Source of the DNA: an uncultured Ignavibacteria bacterium
GTDB lineage: Bacteria; Zixibacteria; MSB-5A5; CAIYYT01
DNA length: 64,000 bases
Reading direction: 5' to 3'
Assembly (NCBI GenBank): GCA_964592145.1
Contig: CAZQBX010000006.1
Coordinates: 32,789 to 96,788 of the forward strand
The notes beneath the pieces were generated by a model. That model was given only the letters and a program-made list of their open reading frames with translations. It made no database searches and was not told the DNA's origin. A program made the translations under genes and the position numbers. The first letter of the stretch is position 1. The number at the start of each line of letters is the position of its first letter. Shown one piece after another: positions 44,767-54,754 of this stretch.

Positions 44767-45825
44767 TTGATGAGTGAAATCCAATTCCGCGGCGTCATTA
44801 AACGCTTCAACAATAATCTCGTTATTCCCCGGCTGGATCTGAAAGCTCCTTCCGGTTCCTTAACCGTCCTGCTCGGACCGTCTGGCTGCGGCAAATCTAC
44901 GATCCTGCGCATGATTGCCGGCCTTGAATCACCAGATGAGGGCGCCATCTTGCTGGATAACATCGACATCACCGGCCAAGAACCCCGGCATCGCAACATG
45001 GCAATGGTGTTTCAGAACTACGCCTTGTATCCGCACCTTTCCGTCAGAGAGAACCTTGCCTTCCCGCTCAAAGTTGCCAAGACACCCAAAGAGACTATCG
45101 CTGCCAAAGTCGCCGAAACCGCTCAACTCCTCGGCTTGACCCCAATGCTCGACCGCTATCCTCGTACCTTGTCCGGCGGCGAACGTCAGCGCACGGCTGT
45201 CGGAAGAGCCATCGTTCGTAATCCGCAGGTGTTTCTGTTCGATGAACCGCTCTCCAACCTCGATTTCCAACTGCGCAACCAGATGCGTGGTGAACTCAAA
45301 TCGCTCCAACAGCGCCTGGGAAAGACCACCGTTTATGTGACTCATGACCAGACAGAAGCCATGACCATGGCCGACAATCTTGTCGTCCTCAACCAGGGCA
45401 AAGTCATGCAGATCGGCTCTCCTTCTGAAGTATTTCGACAACCGGCAAATCTCTTTGTCGCCCGCTTTATTGGATCGCCGCCGATGAACATCATCAACGT
45501 CGAAGTCGAATCCGGCACCTGTTTCCCGCTGGGACAGAAGATTCCACTCGCTAAACTCGAAGTCCCGAACGGCAGGTATCTCCTCGGCGTTCGCCCTGAC
45601 CAGCTATTGCTTGGACCAGACTCCTCCGATTCGCACATGACCGTCGAACGTACCGAGTTTCACGGCACAGCGACATTTCTGATCGGAAGAATCGGTAACG
45701 ACCTCGTCTCGGCCACCGGCCCGGTCGACCGCCACGTAACCGTCGGTGAACGAGTGACTCTGAACTTTGTCCCCCGGAACCTGCACCTTTTCGATGCTGC
45801 CGGCGGTAATCGAATTCCCCTCTAA
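44767..45825 (+). CDS. ABC transporter ATP-binding protein, MalK/UgpC-type (orphan)
   Basis: 352 aa with Walker A GPSGCGKST, signature LSGGERQR and a C-terminal TOBE-like regulatory domain. No adjacent permeases. Confidence 0.8.
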   Translation: MMSEIQFRGVIKRFNNNLVIPRLDLKAPSGSLTVLLGPSGCGKSTILRMIAGLESPDEGAILLDNIDITGQEPRHRNMAMVFQNYALYPHLSVRENLAFPLKVAKTPKETIAAKVAETAQLLGLTPMLDRYPRTLSGGERQRTAVGRAIVRNPQVFLFDEPLSNLDFQLRNQMRGELKSLQQRLGKTTVYVTHDQTEAMTMADNLVVLNQGKVMQIGSPSEVFRQPANLFVARFIGSPPMNIINVEVESGTCFPLGQKIPLAKLEVPNGRYLLGVRPDQLLLGPDSSDSHMTVERTEFHGTATFLIGRIGNDLVSATGPVDRHVTVGERVTLNFVPRNLHLFDAAGGNRIPL

Positions 45826-45926
45826 GTTGAGATATCCCAACAGGTAAAATTCGGCAGAATCCCTTGACTTCGCCCCCCGGCTGTCTATATTTGGAGTAAA
45901 TGGTATCTTTTTAGTGAGGTATAGAA

Positions 45927-46406
45927 ATGACAATTAGCCCCGAAGCTCTTAGCTACCTTACGGCCGGAATACAGGCCGAAATCGCCGCCTACGTCTTCTA
46001 CCGTATTGGCGCCGAGAAAATCAGCGACCAGGACGTCAAGACCACCATGTTACACTTTGCCGGCGAAGAGCGTAAGCACTTCCTCACCCTCGAGCATCAG
46101 TACGACCTGCACGTCCGCTCGGAAAAATGGGTTACCTACCGCGACGTCATGAACCGCGACGAACTCCCCATCATCGACGAGTCGATGGGTGACAAGCACG
46201 TTCAGCGTATCGCCTTGGTTAAAGCAGCCAAGTCCAAATCGGAAATCTTGGAAATCGCACTGCAGCTGGAGAAGGAAGCATACGAGCTTTACTCTGCCGC
46301 CGCCAAGGTTGCCAGCGAACCTGACGTCCGTAAGACCTTCGAATACCTGACCCAGTTTGAAATGGGACACATCAAGAACGTCGAGGGGATGATCGCAGCC
46401 AAGTAG
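45927..46406 (+). CDS. Ferritin-like diiron protein (rubrerythrin/erythrin family), paralog of 29425..29922
   Basis: 159 aa with ExxH-type pairs (AGEERKHF, LEKEAYELY, EMGHIKN). Confidence 0.6.
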   Translation: MTISPEALSYLTAGIQAEIAAYVFYRIGAEKISDQDVKTTMLHFAGEERKHFLTLEHQYDLHVRSEKWVTYRDVMNRDELPIIDESMGDKHVQRIALVKAAKSKSEILEIALQLEKEAYELYSAAAKVASEPDVRKTFEYLTQFEMGHIKNVEGMIAAK

Positions 46407-46428
46407 CTGTTTGCGCAATAAGCGGGAC

Positions 46429-47271
46429 TTAAGTGTTCTCTTGGCGGATATGGTCCTTGCCGCTCTGCTTGACTGAGTACATGAGCGTGTCCGCCTTCGT
46501 AATCATTTCGTCCACGGATTCCGGCGGACGGGTGAAGGTCACTGCCCCGGCACTATAAGTCACCGGCCAGTGGTACATCTGCGCCATGGCCGTCAGATCG
46601 CTCCTCAACCTCTCCATGACAGCTGCAGCTCCATTGGCATCCGTACCGCTCAATAGAAGTACAAATTCGTCCCCGCCGAGACGGGCAACTTGGTCAATCT
46701 CGCGCACGTTTTGACGCAGTATATCTGCCGTGAGCGTCAATAGTCGGTCCCCGATTAGATGTCCGTATCTGTCATTGACGTTTTTGAAATTGTCAATATC
46801 AGTGAACACCACGGTAAAGGGTCTTGGGTGGCGATTGGCACGCGCGATCTCCAATTGTGCCGCTTCATAAAAGGCGCGGCGATTCGGAATGCCGGTCAGC
46901 ACATCGATCCGCGCAGCCTGCTTATGTTCTTCAACCAGCTTCTTTAGTGCAGACAGCACCCACGCAACTGCAATAAAAAGCGTGAAGCGTAACACCAGAT
47001 TCAACGCCAACCAGTGCGATTTGACGCTCAACTCACCGTCATAGATATCCGCGGCAAACCACGTCAGTACACTCAAGAACGAATATGCGATTCCGAATCG
47101 ATACCCTACGGTCCAGGTGACAAAAGCGATGGGAAGGAGGAAAAAAATCGAGAATGATAACTGCGAACCGATGAAGTAGTAGGCGACGCCGATCAGCACT
47201 ATGAAAGCGAAAGAGCTAATCAGGCAAAGGACAGGTGGCGTGCCTTCCAATACTCTTATTACTCGAGACAT
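46429..47271 (-). CDS. Diguanylate cyclase (GGDEF) with N-terminal transmembrane region
   Basis: 280 aa with a 3-4-helix TM region followed by a GGDEF domain (RLGGDEFVLLL). Confidence 0.85.
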   Translation of the reverse strand: MSRVIRVLEGTPPVLCLISSFAFIVLIGVAYYFIGSQLSFSIFFLLPIAFVTWTVGYRFGIAYSFLSVLTWFAADIYDGELSVKSHWLALNLVLRFTLFIAVAWVLSALKKLVEEHKQAARIDVLTGIPNRRAFYEAAQLEIARANRHPRPFTVVFTDIDNFKNVNDRYGHLIGDRLLTLTADILRQNVREIDQVARLGGDEFVLLLSGTDANGAAAVMERLRSDLTAMAQMYHWPVTYSAGAVTFTRPPESVDEMITKADTLMYSVKQSGKDHIRQENT

Positions 47272-47529
47272 TCACGTCCCCACTATTCCACTACTGCTCT
47301 CACCCGATTTCACCAATTCTATTCCAGAACGGTCTGTATAGTGCTGATAGCCAAATCATCGAATTTCCACAACAGTTTTTTATGCATAAAGGTGCGCCAA
47401 ATCCCCAAGAAGTCGCAATTTGAACTCGTATAGTTATCTTAATGAGGAATTAATTGACCTATCTCATCCATTATAGGATGGGAACAAATCTAAGTTGGCA
47501 AATGTTAGCTATCATACGAAGGAGATATT

Positions 47530-48132
47530 ATGACTTACGAACTACCCAAATTGCCCTACGCTTACGACGCGCTTGAGCCGTTCATCGACAAAGAAACGAT
47601 GACAATTCATCACACCAAGCATCACCAGACTTACGTAACCAAACTCAACGAGGCCCTTGCCAACAGCGCCGACCTTCAGACGAAGTCGGTCGAAGCCCTC
47701 GTCACCGACCTTAACTCTGTCCCCGAGGCCATTCGCACAGCCGTGCGCAATCATGGTGGCGGGCACGCCAATCATTCGTTCTTCTGGAATATCCTCAAGA
47801 AAGATGCCAAACTCGGCGGCGCCGTTGCCGATGCGATCAACAGCACCTTCGGCAGCCACGACACGTTCAAAGAGAAATTCACTGCCGCCGCTACCGGAGT
47901 CTTCGGTTCCGGCTGGGCCTGGCTCGTTGCCTCCGGCGGTAAGCTCGAAATCGTGACGACTCCGAATCAGGACTCGCCGCTCACCCAGGGCAAGAAGCCG
48001 ATCATCGGCATCGATGTCTGGGAACACGCTTATTACCTCAAATATCAAAACCGCAGACCGGAATATATCGCCGCCTTCATGAACATCATCAACTGGGATG
48101 AAGTAAACAAGGCTTTCGCCTCGGCAAAGTAA
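47530..48132 (+). CDS. sod: Superoxide dismutase [Fe/Mn]
   Basis: 200 aa with [28 protein letters not shown] and a C-terminal DVWEHAYY. Confidence 0.9.
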   Translation: MTYELPKLPYAYDALEPFIDKETMTIHHTKHHQTYVTKLNEALANSADLQTKSVEALVTDLNSVPEAIRTAVRNHGGGHANHSFFWNILKKDAKLGGAVADAINSTFGSHDTFKEKFTAAATGVFGSGWAWLVASGGKLEIVTTPNQDSPLTQGKKPIIGIDVWEHAYYLKYQNRRPEYIAAFMNIINWDEVNKAFASAK

Positions 48133-48268
48133 TTCCGACTACCAGTTCGTCTTCGCAGGGGCGCAGTACACTGCGCCCCTGTTTATTTGCAGTCAATACG
48201 AATCTACAACTGCTGCAAGAAACGCAGTAATCTCTCTACAACTTTGGGGGTACGTTGAACTGGTTTGC

Positions 48269-48826
48269 TTACTTCAGTTTTTTTTTGAGCGCCAACTTGA
48301 ACCGTGCATCAAATCGCGAAGGCGAGCACTTGCCGCACGAGGCCGAAATCAACCTCTTCCGGCGCGGGTATTCCGTCTTGCAGGATTTGCACTGATATAT
48401 GTAGCGCGCCGGCAAACGCAGTTGCGAATGCGCCTTGGCTTTGACCGAAGCCCCGATTCGAGCCGCCTCGCTCTTAAAATCGGCGTTGTGATTGAAGTGA
48501 ATAATGTGGATCATCTCGTGCTTCAGGGTATCGTCGATATCCTCGGGGAACAGCTCGTGGTACTTGCTCGACAACACAATTTCGACCCGGCTGCGGATAT
48601 ACTGCCCCGCACATAGCATCCGCGACGAGTAGCGAATCCTCGGTGTCGGCAACTTGCCGGCAAAATACTTGACGTTAAAATGATGGAATCGATTATACAG
48701 CTCGTCAACCGAAGGCAGCAGTCCGTCGCTCGGCCTTTCCGCCTTCGGCGGCTGGACTAAAAACGGTTGCTCGAACAGGCTTAGATTAGTCGGCAACGTA
48801 TTTGGACTGCTTTTTTTCCTGTTCAT
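48269..48826 (-). CDS. SprT-like zinc metalloprotease domain protein
   Basis: 185 aa with an HExxH motif (HEMIHIIH) and a C-terminal Cys4 zinc ribbon (CKSCKT...CGKC). Confidence 0.7.
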   Translation of the reverse strand: MNRKKSSPNTLPTNLSLFEQPFLVQPPKAERPSDGLLPSVDELYNRFHHFNVKYFAGKLPTPRIRYSSRMLCAGQYIRSRVEIVLSSKYHELFPEDIDDTLKHEMIHIIHFNHNADFKSEAARIGASVKAKAHSQLRLPARYIYQCKSCKTEYPRRKRLISASCGKCSPSRFDARFKLALKKKLK

Positions 48827-48874
48827 GGGCGGCTAACTTATATAGTTTAAATCGTTCTCGCAAGTGGAGGTCGC

Positions 48875-50209
48875 ATGCGTTTTCTGATGTCAACCTTGAT
48901 CCTGCTCGGCGCTTTATTTCTGGCCTGCGTCGGCCAGTATCAACCTGCATACAAGACGGTTTTTGTTAAGTCCAATGCTGAACCGGGTGGCGATGGCACC
49001 TTCCGGGCACCCTTCGTAAGTCTCCAAACCGCAATAGATTCGGCACACTCGGGCGATAAGATCGTCCTGCTTGCCGGTACCTATAGTGGAGTATCGACCA
49101 AGTTCTCCGAGGATTTATGCGGCAACTGCACCGATCCCCAAACTCCGGTCGAAGCCACTCATGGTTTTGCAGTCAAAGACAAGGCTCTCTCGATCATCGG
49201 TGACAATCCCGATTCGGTTACCTTGATAACCAACGCCGGCTACGGCATCTACTTCTCCAATAGCTGGGGATCATCCATCGAAAACGTCCGCATCACCGGC
49301 GGAGTCCGCGACCGCGATGGCAATGCCACCGATGCCGCTATCGTCGCCAAGTTCTCCCGCCTCACCGTCCGTAATTGCGAGATCATCAATAATGACAACC
49401 GCGATACTACCGTCGTTGTCGGTATCGGCGGCATCTTCGTCCGTGAAGGCTCCGAACTCTTCATCGAGAACAACCGCATCATCAATGGCGGCTGGGATGG
49501 TATCGCCCTTTATCGCGGCGCCAAAGCCTTCATCGCCGACAACGTCATTACCAAGGGCCGCGGCGCCGGAATCGGCATCACCTGGGATGCGCAAGCCACC
49601 GTCCTCCGCAATCGTGTCAGCGAGTTCTGGAAAGGGATCGGCTCGTTCGGAACTTCTCGTGCAGTCGTCCGCAACAACATCGTGCAGGACTGTCTCGGCT
49701 GGGGTATCATCGCTACCGGCGAGTCATTTATGGAAGCATCCAACAATCTGATTTATCGCAACGGCAACTGCGGCTTTGCCAATTGGGGCGACCGTGAACA
49801 AAAACTCGGACCGCGCGGCGTATTCGTCAACAACATCGTTTACAATAATGGCTGGCGAGCGAAGTGGGTCTGTCCTTGCGTGGGAATCTGGATGCTTGGC
49901 AATCCCGTCGATTTCGTGATCGCCAATAATAACGTCTATGTCGACCCGGAGATCATCTCCGCCGAACGCGCCGCACCGACAACCGCACCCGGTGAAGACC
50001 TCAAGTGGGCAGCAAACTATCAGGACATCGCCGACTTGACCGGCAAGTTCGGCAATATCTCCGTCAATCCGTTGTTTGCTGATACCTTGTCGTTCAAACT
50101 GCTCCCGACTTCGACCTTGATCAATGCTGGCGACTCAGTCCTTACCGATCTCGACGGCAGCCGCTCCGACATCGGCATTTGGGGTGGCAACTCGGCCAGC
50201 TCCCGGTGA
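48875..50209 (+). CDS. Secreted right-handed parallel beta-helix repeat protein
   Basis: 444 aa with signal/lipobox LFLAC and many ~22-aa beta-helix repeats rich in N/G/I (NNxI.xNG). Confidence 0.6.
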   Translation: MRFLMSTLILLGALFLACVGQYQPAYKTVFVKSNAEPGGDGTFRAPFVSLQTAIDSAHSGDKIVLLAGTYSGVSTKFSEDLCGNCTDPQTPVEATHGFAVKDKALSIIGDNPDSVTLITNAGYGIYFSNSWGSSIENVRITGGVRDRDGNATDAAIVAKFSRLTVRNCEIINNDNRDTTVVVGIGGIFVREGSELFIENNRIINGGWDGIALYRGAKAFIADNVITKGRGAGIGITWDAQATVLRNRVSEFWKGIGSFGTSRAVVRNNIVQDCLGWGIIATGESFMEASNNLIYRNGNCGFANWGDREQKLGPRGVFVNNIVYNNGWRAKWVCPCVGIWMLGNPVDFVIANNNVYVDPEIISAERAAPTTAPGEDLKWAANYQDIADLTGKFGNISVNPLFADTLSFKLLPTSTLINAGDSVLTDLDGSRSDIGIWGGNSASSR

Positions 50210-50211
50210 GT

Positions 50212-50368
50212 CATTCCCGCGAAGGGGAGTGTTGAAAAACTCGAACTTTGTCATTCTGAGCGCAGCGAAGAATCTACAGGTTGTTCAACAATAAAGGCAA
50301 CAGATCCTTCGCTACGCTCAGGATGACAGTGATAGGGACTTTTTCAACAGTCCCGAAGGCAGGAATCC
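50212..50368. repeat. Palindromic MITE-like repeat, family SFAALRMT (copy 2)
   Basis: Same TIRs (cattcccgc / gcaggaatcc) and internal palindrome gtcattctgagcgcagcgaagaatct ... agatccttcgctacgctcaggatgac as copy 1. It lies between convergent genes. Confidence 0.6.
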
Positions 50369-50393
50369 AGGCTCGCAGACTCGTAGAGCCCCC

Positions 50394-51857
50394 CTACTCA
50401 TTCCTCAACGACTCCACCGGATCCAACCGCGCCGCCCTTCGCGCCGGATAATATCCTGCAAGCAAACTCACCACGATTCCAAACCCCAGCGCAATCCCGA
50501 TCAGCCACCACGGCGTCGCAAAAAGTTCGATCGCCTCAACACCCTCTCGCCGCATAAATGACTGCGCCACAAACGACGCGACCCGCGCAATGCCCCACCC
50601 GACGATGATGCCAAATGTCGCCCCCAGCGTGCCAATGGCCGCCGCTTCGTACAAGAATATCCGCCGAATATCCGAATCATCGGCGCCCAGTGCCTTGAGC
50701 ACGCCGATCTCCCGCCGCCGCTCCAGAATCGACATGATCATCGTATTCGCGATCCCTAGCGAGGCCGTCACCAGCGCAATCAAACCGATCATGCCCAGCG
50801 CCATGTCAAAATAAATAAACATCTTCTGAATCTCTTCGAACTCCTCGGCGAAACTGTAGGTCTTGAAACCGAGCGCCTTCACTGAATCGCGTACCGACTT
50901 GAACGGCGTGTGCGGGTCAAAGTCGAGAGTCACCTTGGGATACGACTTGCCCTCCTTCGGAGCAAACATGTCTGGCAAACTGCCGGAACTGAATGAACTC
51001 ATCAGACTCGCCGGCGACATCGAGATATCGCCGTCGTTCAGCCTGCGCGCCATCGCTAGCGGCAGGATCACCTGTTCAATGCGCATCGGGCTTTCATGCC
51101 GGCCCGGAATGACACCGCTGATCGTCAGCGTCTCCGTCACTACTTCGCGGTTGTTCATCAATCCCGCGTAGAAACGCCGCAATGCCTCCGAGGTCTCCCG
51201 CCGCAACAATCCCATTGCGTAGCCCGGCTCGAAAATCGAATCGCGATCAATCGCGCTTAGTCGTTTGCGAATCGCCCCATCCTTGTCGCTGATAATTGCG
51301 GCCCACGCGCTGTCGATTCGGATCAGCCGGGCGGTAACCACCAGTTTTCTTCCGACAGCCGAGTCTGCTTCGGATATTCCCATTCGCTTGACAAAGTCGC
51401 GCGTCACCACCGCCTGGTGCGCACTGTCATTTTCAAATCGCGTTCCGGCAAGATATTGCGACATTGCCGGCGTTCTGGCTACTTCCGATGATATCGCCTG
51501 CGCGTTCAGGGTCGCCGTGCTGTCGCCAAGTCTGGCATCGATTTGAAAAGCTTCCAATGGATAGGCCAAGCGCACGCCGGGAATCTGCGCCAACAAGGCC
51601 AGCGCCGAATCGTTTAGCACCTTCGCCTTGACACTGTCGCTCCCGTTTTTGTCCTCCTCGGGAAACACCTGCATCGTCGTCAACAGCCCGAACTTCTGGA
51701 ACTGATCATTGACATACTGTTGGTTCCCGGCGCCGAACGAGAGCATCGACACAAATGCCGCAATCGCAATCAGCACTCCGGCCATCGTCAAGATCGAACG
51801 CAGTTTCATGCGCCACAGATTGTCTGCGGCAGCGGCTATCAGATCATATGAGGTCAC
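50394..51857 (-). CDS. ABC transporter permease, FtsX/MacB/LolE-like
   Basis: 487 aa with an N-terminal TM, a large periplasmic domain and a C-terminal FtsX 3-TM bundle. Confidence 0.8.
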   Translation of the reverse strand: MTSYDLIAAAADNLWRMKLRSILTMAGVLIAIAAFVSMLSFGAGNQQYVNDQFQKFGLLTTMQVFPEEDKNGSDSVKAKVLNDSALALLAQIPGVRLAYPLEAFQIDARLGDSTATLNAQAISSEVARTPAMSQYLAGTRFENDSAHQAVVTRDFVKRMGISEADSAVGRKLVVTARLIRIDSAWAAIISDKDGAIRKRLSAIDRDSIFEPGYAMGLLRRETSEALRRFYAGLMNNREVVTETLTISGVIPGRHESPMRIEQVILPLAMARRLNDGDISMSPASLMSSFSSGSLPDMFAPKEGKSYPKVTLDFDPHTPFKSVRDSVKALGFKTYSFAEEFEEIQKMFIYFDMALGMIGLIALVTASLGIANTMIMSILERRREIGVLKALGADDSDIRRIFLYEAAAIGTLGATFGIIVGWGIARVASFVAQSFMRREGVEAIELFATPWWLIGIALGFGIVVSLLAGYYPARRAARLDPVESLRNE

Positions 51858-52549
51858 TGCCGTGCTCCCGAATCTTCGACCACGCGGCCATAATGCATCT
51901 TGATGATCCGGCTGCAGATACTGCGCGCCAGCTCCAGATCGTGCGACACCATCACGACCGTCAACCCCTGGCCGTTTAACTCGGTTAACAATGCCGCAAT
52001 CTGCCGCGCATTTTCATAATCAAGATTTCCCGTCGGCTCATCGGCGAAGATTACTTCCGGCCGCTTGACCAATGCACGTGCAATCGCCACACGCTGTTGT
52101 TCGCCACCCGATAAGGCACTCGGACGATGCTCCAACCGGTCGCCCATTCCCAGGCTCGTCAAGATTTCGCTCGCCCGCTTGTGCCGCTCGTGTCGCGGTG
52201 TGTCGTTGAAATATAAAGCGATTTCGACATTGCGAAGAGCCGTGTGGTGTGGCAGCAGGTTAAATGTCTGGAAGATCATCCCCACTTGGCGCGCGCGATA
52301 TCCGGCAAGATCCCTGCGGCTGAGCGCGCTCAACACCGTATCGCCAACCGCGATACTTCCCGAAGTCGGCGTATCAAGTCCGGCAAGCAGATTCAGCAGC
52401 GTCGACTTACCGGAGCCGGAGGATCCGACAATTCCGACAAATTCACCGCGTGCGATATTGAGACTAATTGAGTCAACCGCGCGAATTTCCTGTGGACCGC
52501 GTTGATAGCTGCGGCAAAGTTCTTTCGTGGAGATCCAGGGTTCGGTCAT
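51854..52549 (-). CDS. ABC transporter ATP-binding protein, LolD/MacB-type
   Basis: 231 aa with Walker [10 protein letters not shown], signature LSGGEQQR and Walker [12 protein letters not shown]. Its stop overlaps the permease start. Confidence 0.85.
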   Translation of the reverse strand: MTEPWISTKELCRSYQRGPQEIRAVDSISLNIARGEFVGIVGSSGSGKSTLLNLLAGLDTPTSGSIAVGDTVLSALSRRDLAGYRARQVGMIFQTFNLLPHHTALRNVEIALYFNDTPRHERHKRASEILTSLGMGDRLEHRPSALSGGEQQRVAIARALVKRPEVIFADEPTGNLDYENARQIAALLTELNGQGLTVVMVSHDLELARSICSRIIKMHYGRVVEDSGARQ

Positions 52550-52760
52550 AGCACTTGATATAACTCTACGTTTCTATCCACAAATAGTTGCTTCGCCCAA
52601 ACGCCGAATATGCACTCACAAATCGTTGTTCTTTCTTCGACAAAACTGACATCCAACTCCCCGAATAGGTTGGAACCCTCGTCCCGAAGCTCACTGGTGT
52701 TGGGAGCATCTATCCAGAGGGTTCCGACAACTACCGTCTGTGCCCTTCCGCAGTGGCTGT

Positions 52761-52799
52761 TTCCCCTCTCCCTCCGGGAGAGGGGCAGGGGTGAGGGCA
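52761..52799. repeat. Type 2 repeat
   Basis: ttcccctctccc-tcc-gggagagggg (perfect 10-bp hairpin) + caggggtgagggc. Confidence 0.55.
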
Positions 52800-52862
52800 T
52801 TTGCGATTTGCACATTAATGATCAACCTGTCCCTGAAGAAATCGTAACTCGCTCGCGTTATT

Positions 52863-52923
52863 AATTCCCCTCTTGAGAGGGGTGGCTCCGAGCCGAAGAA
52901 TGAGGCTCGGAGACGGGGTGTGT
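52863..52923. repeat. Type 1 repeat (copy D)
   Basis: attcccctcttgagagggg + ctccgagcc-gaagaatga-ggctcggag + acggggtgtgtc. Confidence 0.6.
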
Positions 52924-53058
52924 CGAATGAATTCACTCGAAAGCCTCCATCGTCCACAATAGAATTCCCCCAAGAATAATTGACAATTTACCCGAAAACC
53001 CTATTATATTCGCGGAATTTTTGCAGCCAATCTGCGTACTCGGGCTTTTCTCGGATAC

Positions 53059-53517
53059 GTGCAATCAAGAGAGGAGTCTGTTTTGGCTTCAGCAAAAAAC
53101 GGCGATACCGTTCGCGTTCATTATACCGGCAAACTTCTTGACGGTACCATCTTCGACAGTTCAGAAGGCAGCGACCCGCTCGAATTCATCCTCGGCCAAC
53201 AGCAGGTCATTGCCGGCTTCGACCGCGCCGTTCTCGGCATGATCATCGGCGCCAAAACCACGGTCACAATCCCGGTTGCCGATGCCTACGGTCCGCGCAA
53301 ACCCGGCTTGGTGCTCGATGTCGATCGCTCGGAATTCCCGCCCGATATCGAACCCCGTATCGGCTTGAATCTACGCATGGAACAAGCTGACGGCTCCACT
53401 GTCAATGTTGCCATCACGAATGTCACGGGCAACATGGTAACCCTCGATGCCAACCATCCCTTGGCTGGCGAAGACCTCGTTTTCGACATCCAACTGGTCG
53501 AAATCGTCGCCGCTTAA
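53059..53517 (+). CDS. slyD: FKBP-type peptidyl-prolyl cis-trans isomerase (SlyD-like)
   Basis: 152 aa with an FKBP fold (VRVHYTGKLLDGTIFDSS) and an inserted IF-domain-like segment. Confidence 0.75.
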   Translation: MQSREESVLASAKNGDTVRVHYTGKLLDGTIFDSSEGSDPLEFILGQQQVIAGFDRAVLGMIIGAKTTVTIPVADAYGPRKPGLVLDVDRSEFPPDIEPRIGLNLRMEQADGSTVNVAITNVTGNMVTLDANHPLAGEDLVFDIQLVEIVAA

Positions 53518-53605
53518 CCGAACCAACCGCGGAACTCGCCACAAATCAAAACGCGGCAGATGTTGCCATCTGCCGCGTTCCGTTATGAGTGGACAAAGCG
53601 GAGGT

Positions 53606-54694
53606 TTATAGCTCTGCCCAGTTTATGGTATAGTGGCCGGAGGCCTGCGTATCTGTGTTGTAGTACGATACGATGAATACCTTGTAGTTCTTACCGCCAA
53701 CTTGAACGATGTATGTATTTTTCTTTGAAGTCAATTGATGAGTCTGGAAATTGTAGTTGTACCAATCGCTGACCGTAAATGCTGACTGCATCTCATCCAG
53801 TACCCAGCGTGGCGGACCGAACTGATTGACATTCACTACCGCATCGAAGTCGGTGCGGTCGACAAGACCGTCATACACTGGAAACGCCGCACCCTGCCCG
53901 GTGCCGAAAATCGAACCATTCAAATAGACATCATAAGAGTAAATACGGATATCCCATTCCGTCGAAGTTGCCGGATTAGCCGGCGTCACGACCTGACCAC
54001 TCGAGAAATCAAAATAGAACCCGTTCGGTGCGTCGATAGTATCTACTTCTGCCTCGCCGGACACATTCGTCGCTCCTGCGGCAGGTTGGTAGAAGTACTT
54101 GATCACCATCTTCCCCTGTGCCGGAGGTTGTGAACCGCCAATCACGTCCAACAACTGGAACTTGACGAGATTCCCAACCGCATCAGAGAGTATATATACA
54201 TACTTCTTGGTTGAGAGCTGGTGGGTTATCGGGTTATAATTCCAGAGGCTATCAAGCGCAAAATCGTATCCATCCTCGATCCATTGCCCTGATTGTACTG
54301 CGGCCAGTTCCGTCGCATCAACATCTGCAAACATATCTTCAGCAACAATACCTGCTGTGACAAGATTCACGCCTTTGGCATCGCTAGGACCGGAGTATCC
54401 GCCATTGGTCTTAATGTAACTCTTCTTAAACGCCAGGTCCCAGGTGTTTGCTGTTTTCGCCTGTTCGTCGGTGAGATTCACTATGTCCCGCGTCACAAAA
54501 CTATAGTAGGTGTAATTTGTGCTCTGCGTGGCGCTGGCATCCAGTTTGGTCACCCAGAATTTGCCGACACCATCCCATGTCGTCGATGCCGTATTATCCG
54601 GCTGATCCGGACCCGTCCCATTGTCATCATTCGAACAGCCGACAAGGGCCGTTAATAAAAGTGCAATTAGTGCTGTTACCTTGAAGTACTTCAT
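53606..54694 (-). CDS. Lipoprotein with two tandem HmuY-like domains (possible haem-binding accessory of the adjacent TonB-dependent receptor)
   Basis: Start chosen at MKYFKV, with lipobox LVGCSND. There is an internal duplication of ~150 aa (WDLAFKKSYIKTNGG... and WDIRIYSYDVYLNGS...). The HmuY assignment is tentative. Confidence 0.45.
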   Translation of the reverse strand: MKYFKVTALIALLLTALVGCSNDDNGTGPDQPDNTASTTWDGVGKFWVTKLDASATQSTNYTYYSFVTRDIVNLTDEQAKTANTWDLAFKKSYIKTNGGYSGPSDAKGVNLVTAGIVAEDMFADVDATELAAVQSGQWIEDGYDFALDSLWNYNPITHQLSTKKYVYILSDAVGNLVKFQLLDVIGGSQPPAQGKMVIKYFYQPAAGATNVSGEAEVDTIDAPNGFYFDFSSGQVVTPANPATSTEWDIRIYSYDVYLNGSIFGTGQGAAFPVYDGLVDRTDFDAVVNVNQFGPPRWVLDEMQSAFTVSDWYNYNFQTHQLTSKKNTYIVQVGGKNYKVFIVSYYNTDTQASGHYTINWAEL

Positions 54695-54754
54695 CAGTCC
54701 TTCCTTTCTATGAATAAATTGTTGTACCAACATTCTTTCGCCTGCAATTCTCGT

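Noticed and set aside
47272-47529. Possible PerR/Fur-type box in the AT-rich sod upstream region (ttaatgaggaattaattgacc)
   Set aside because: Only a weak, imperfect dyad was found. It cannot be distinguished from generic AT-rich promoter sequence without a genome-specific motif model.
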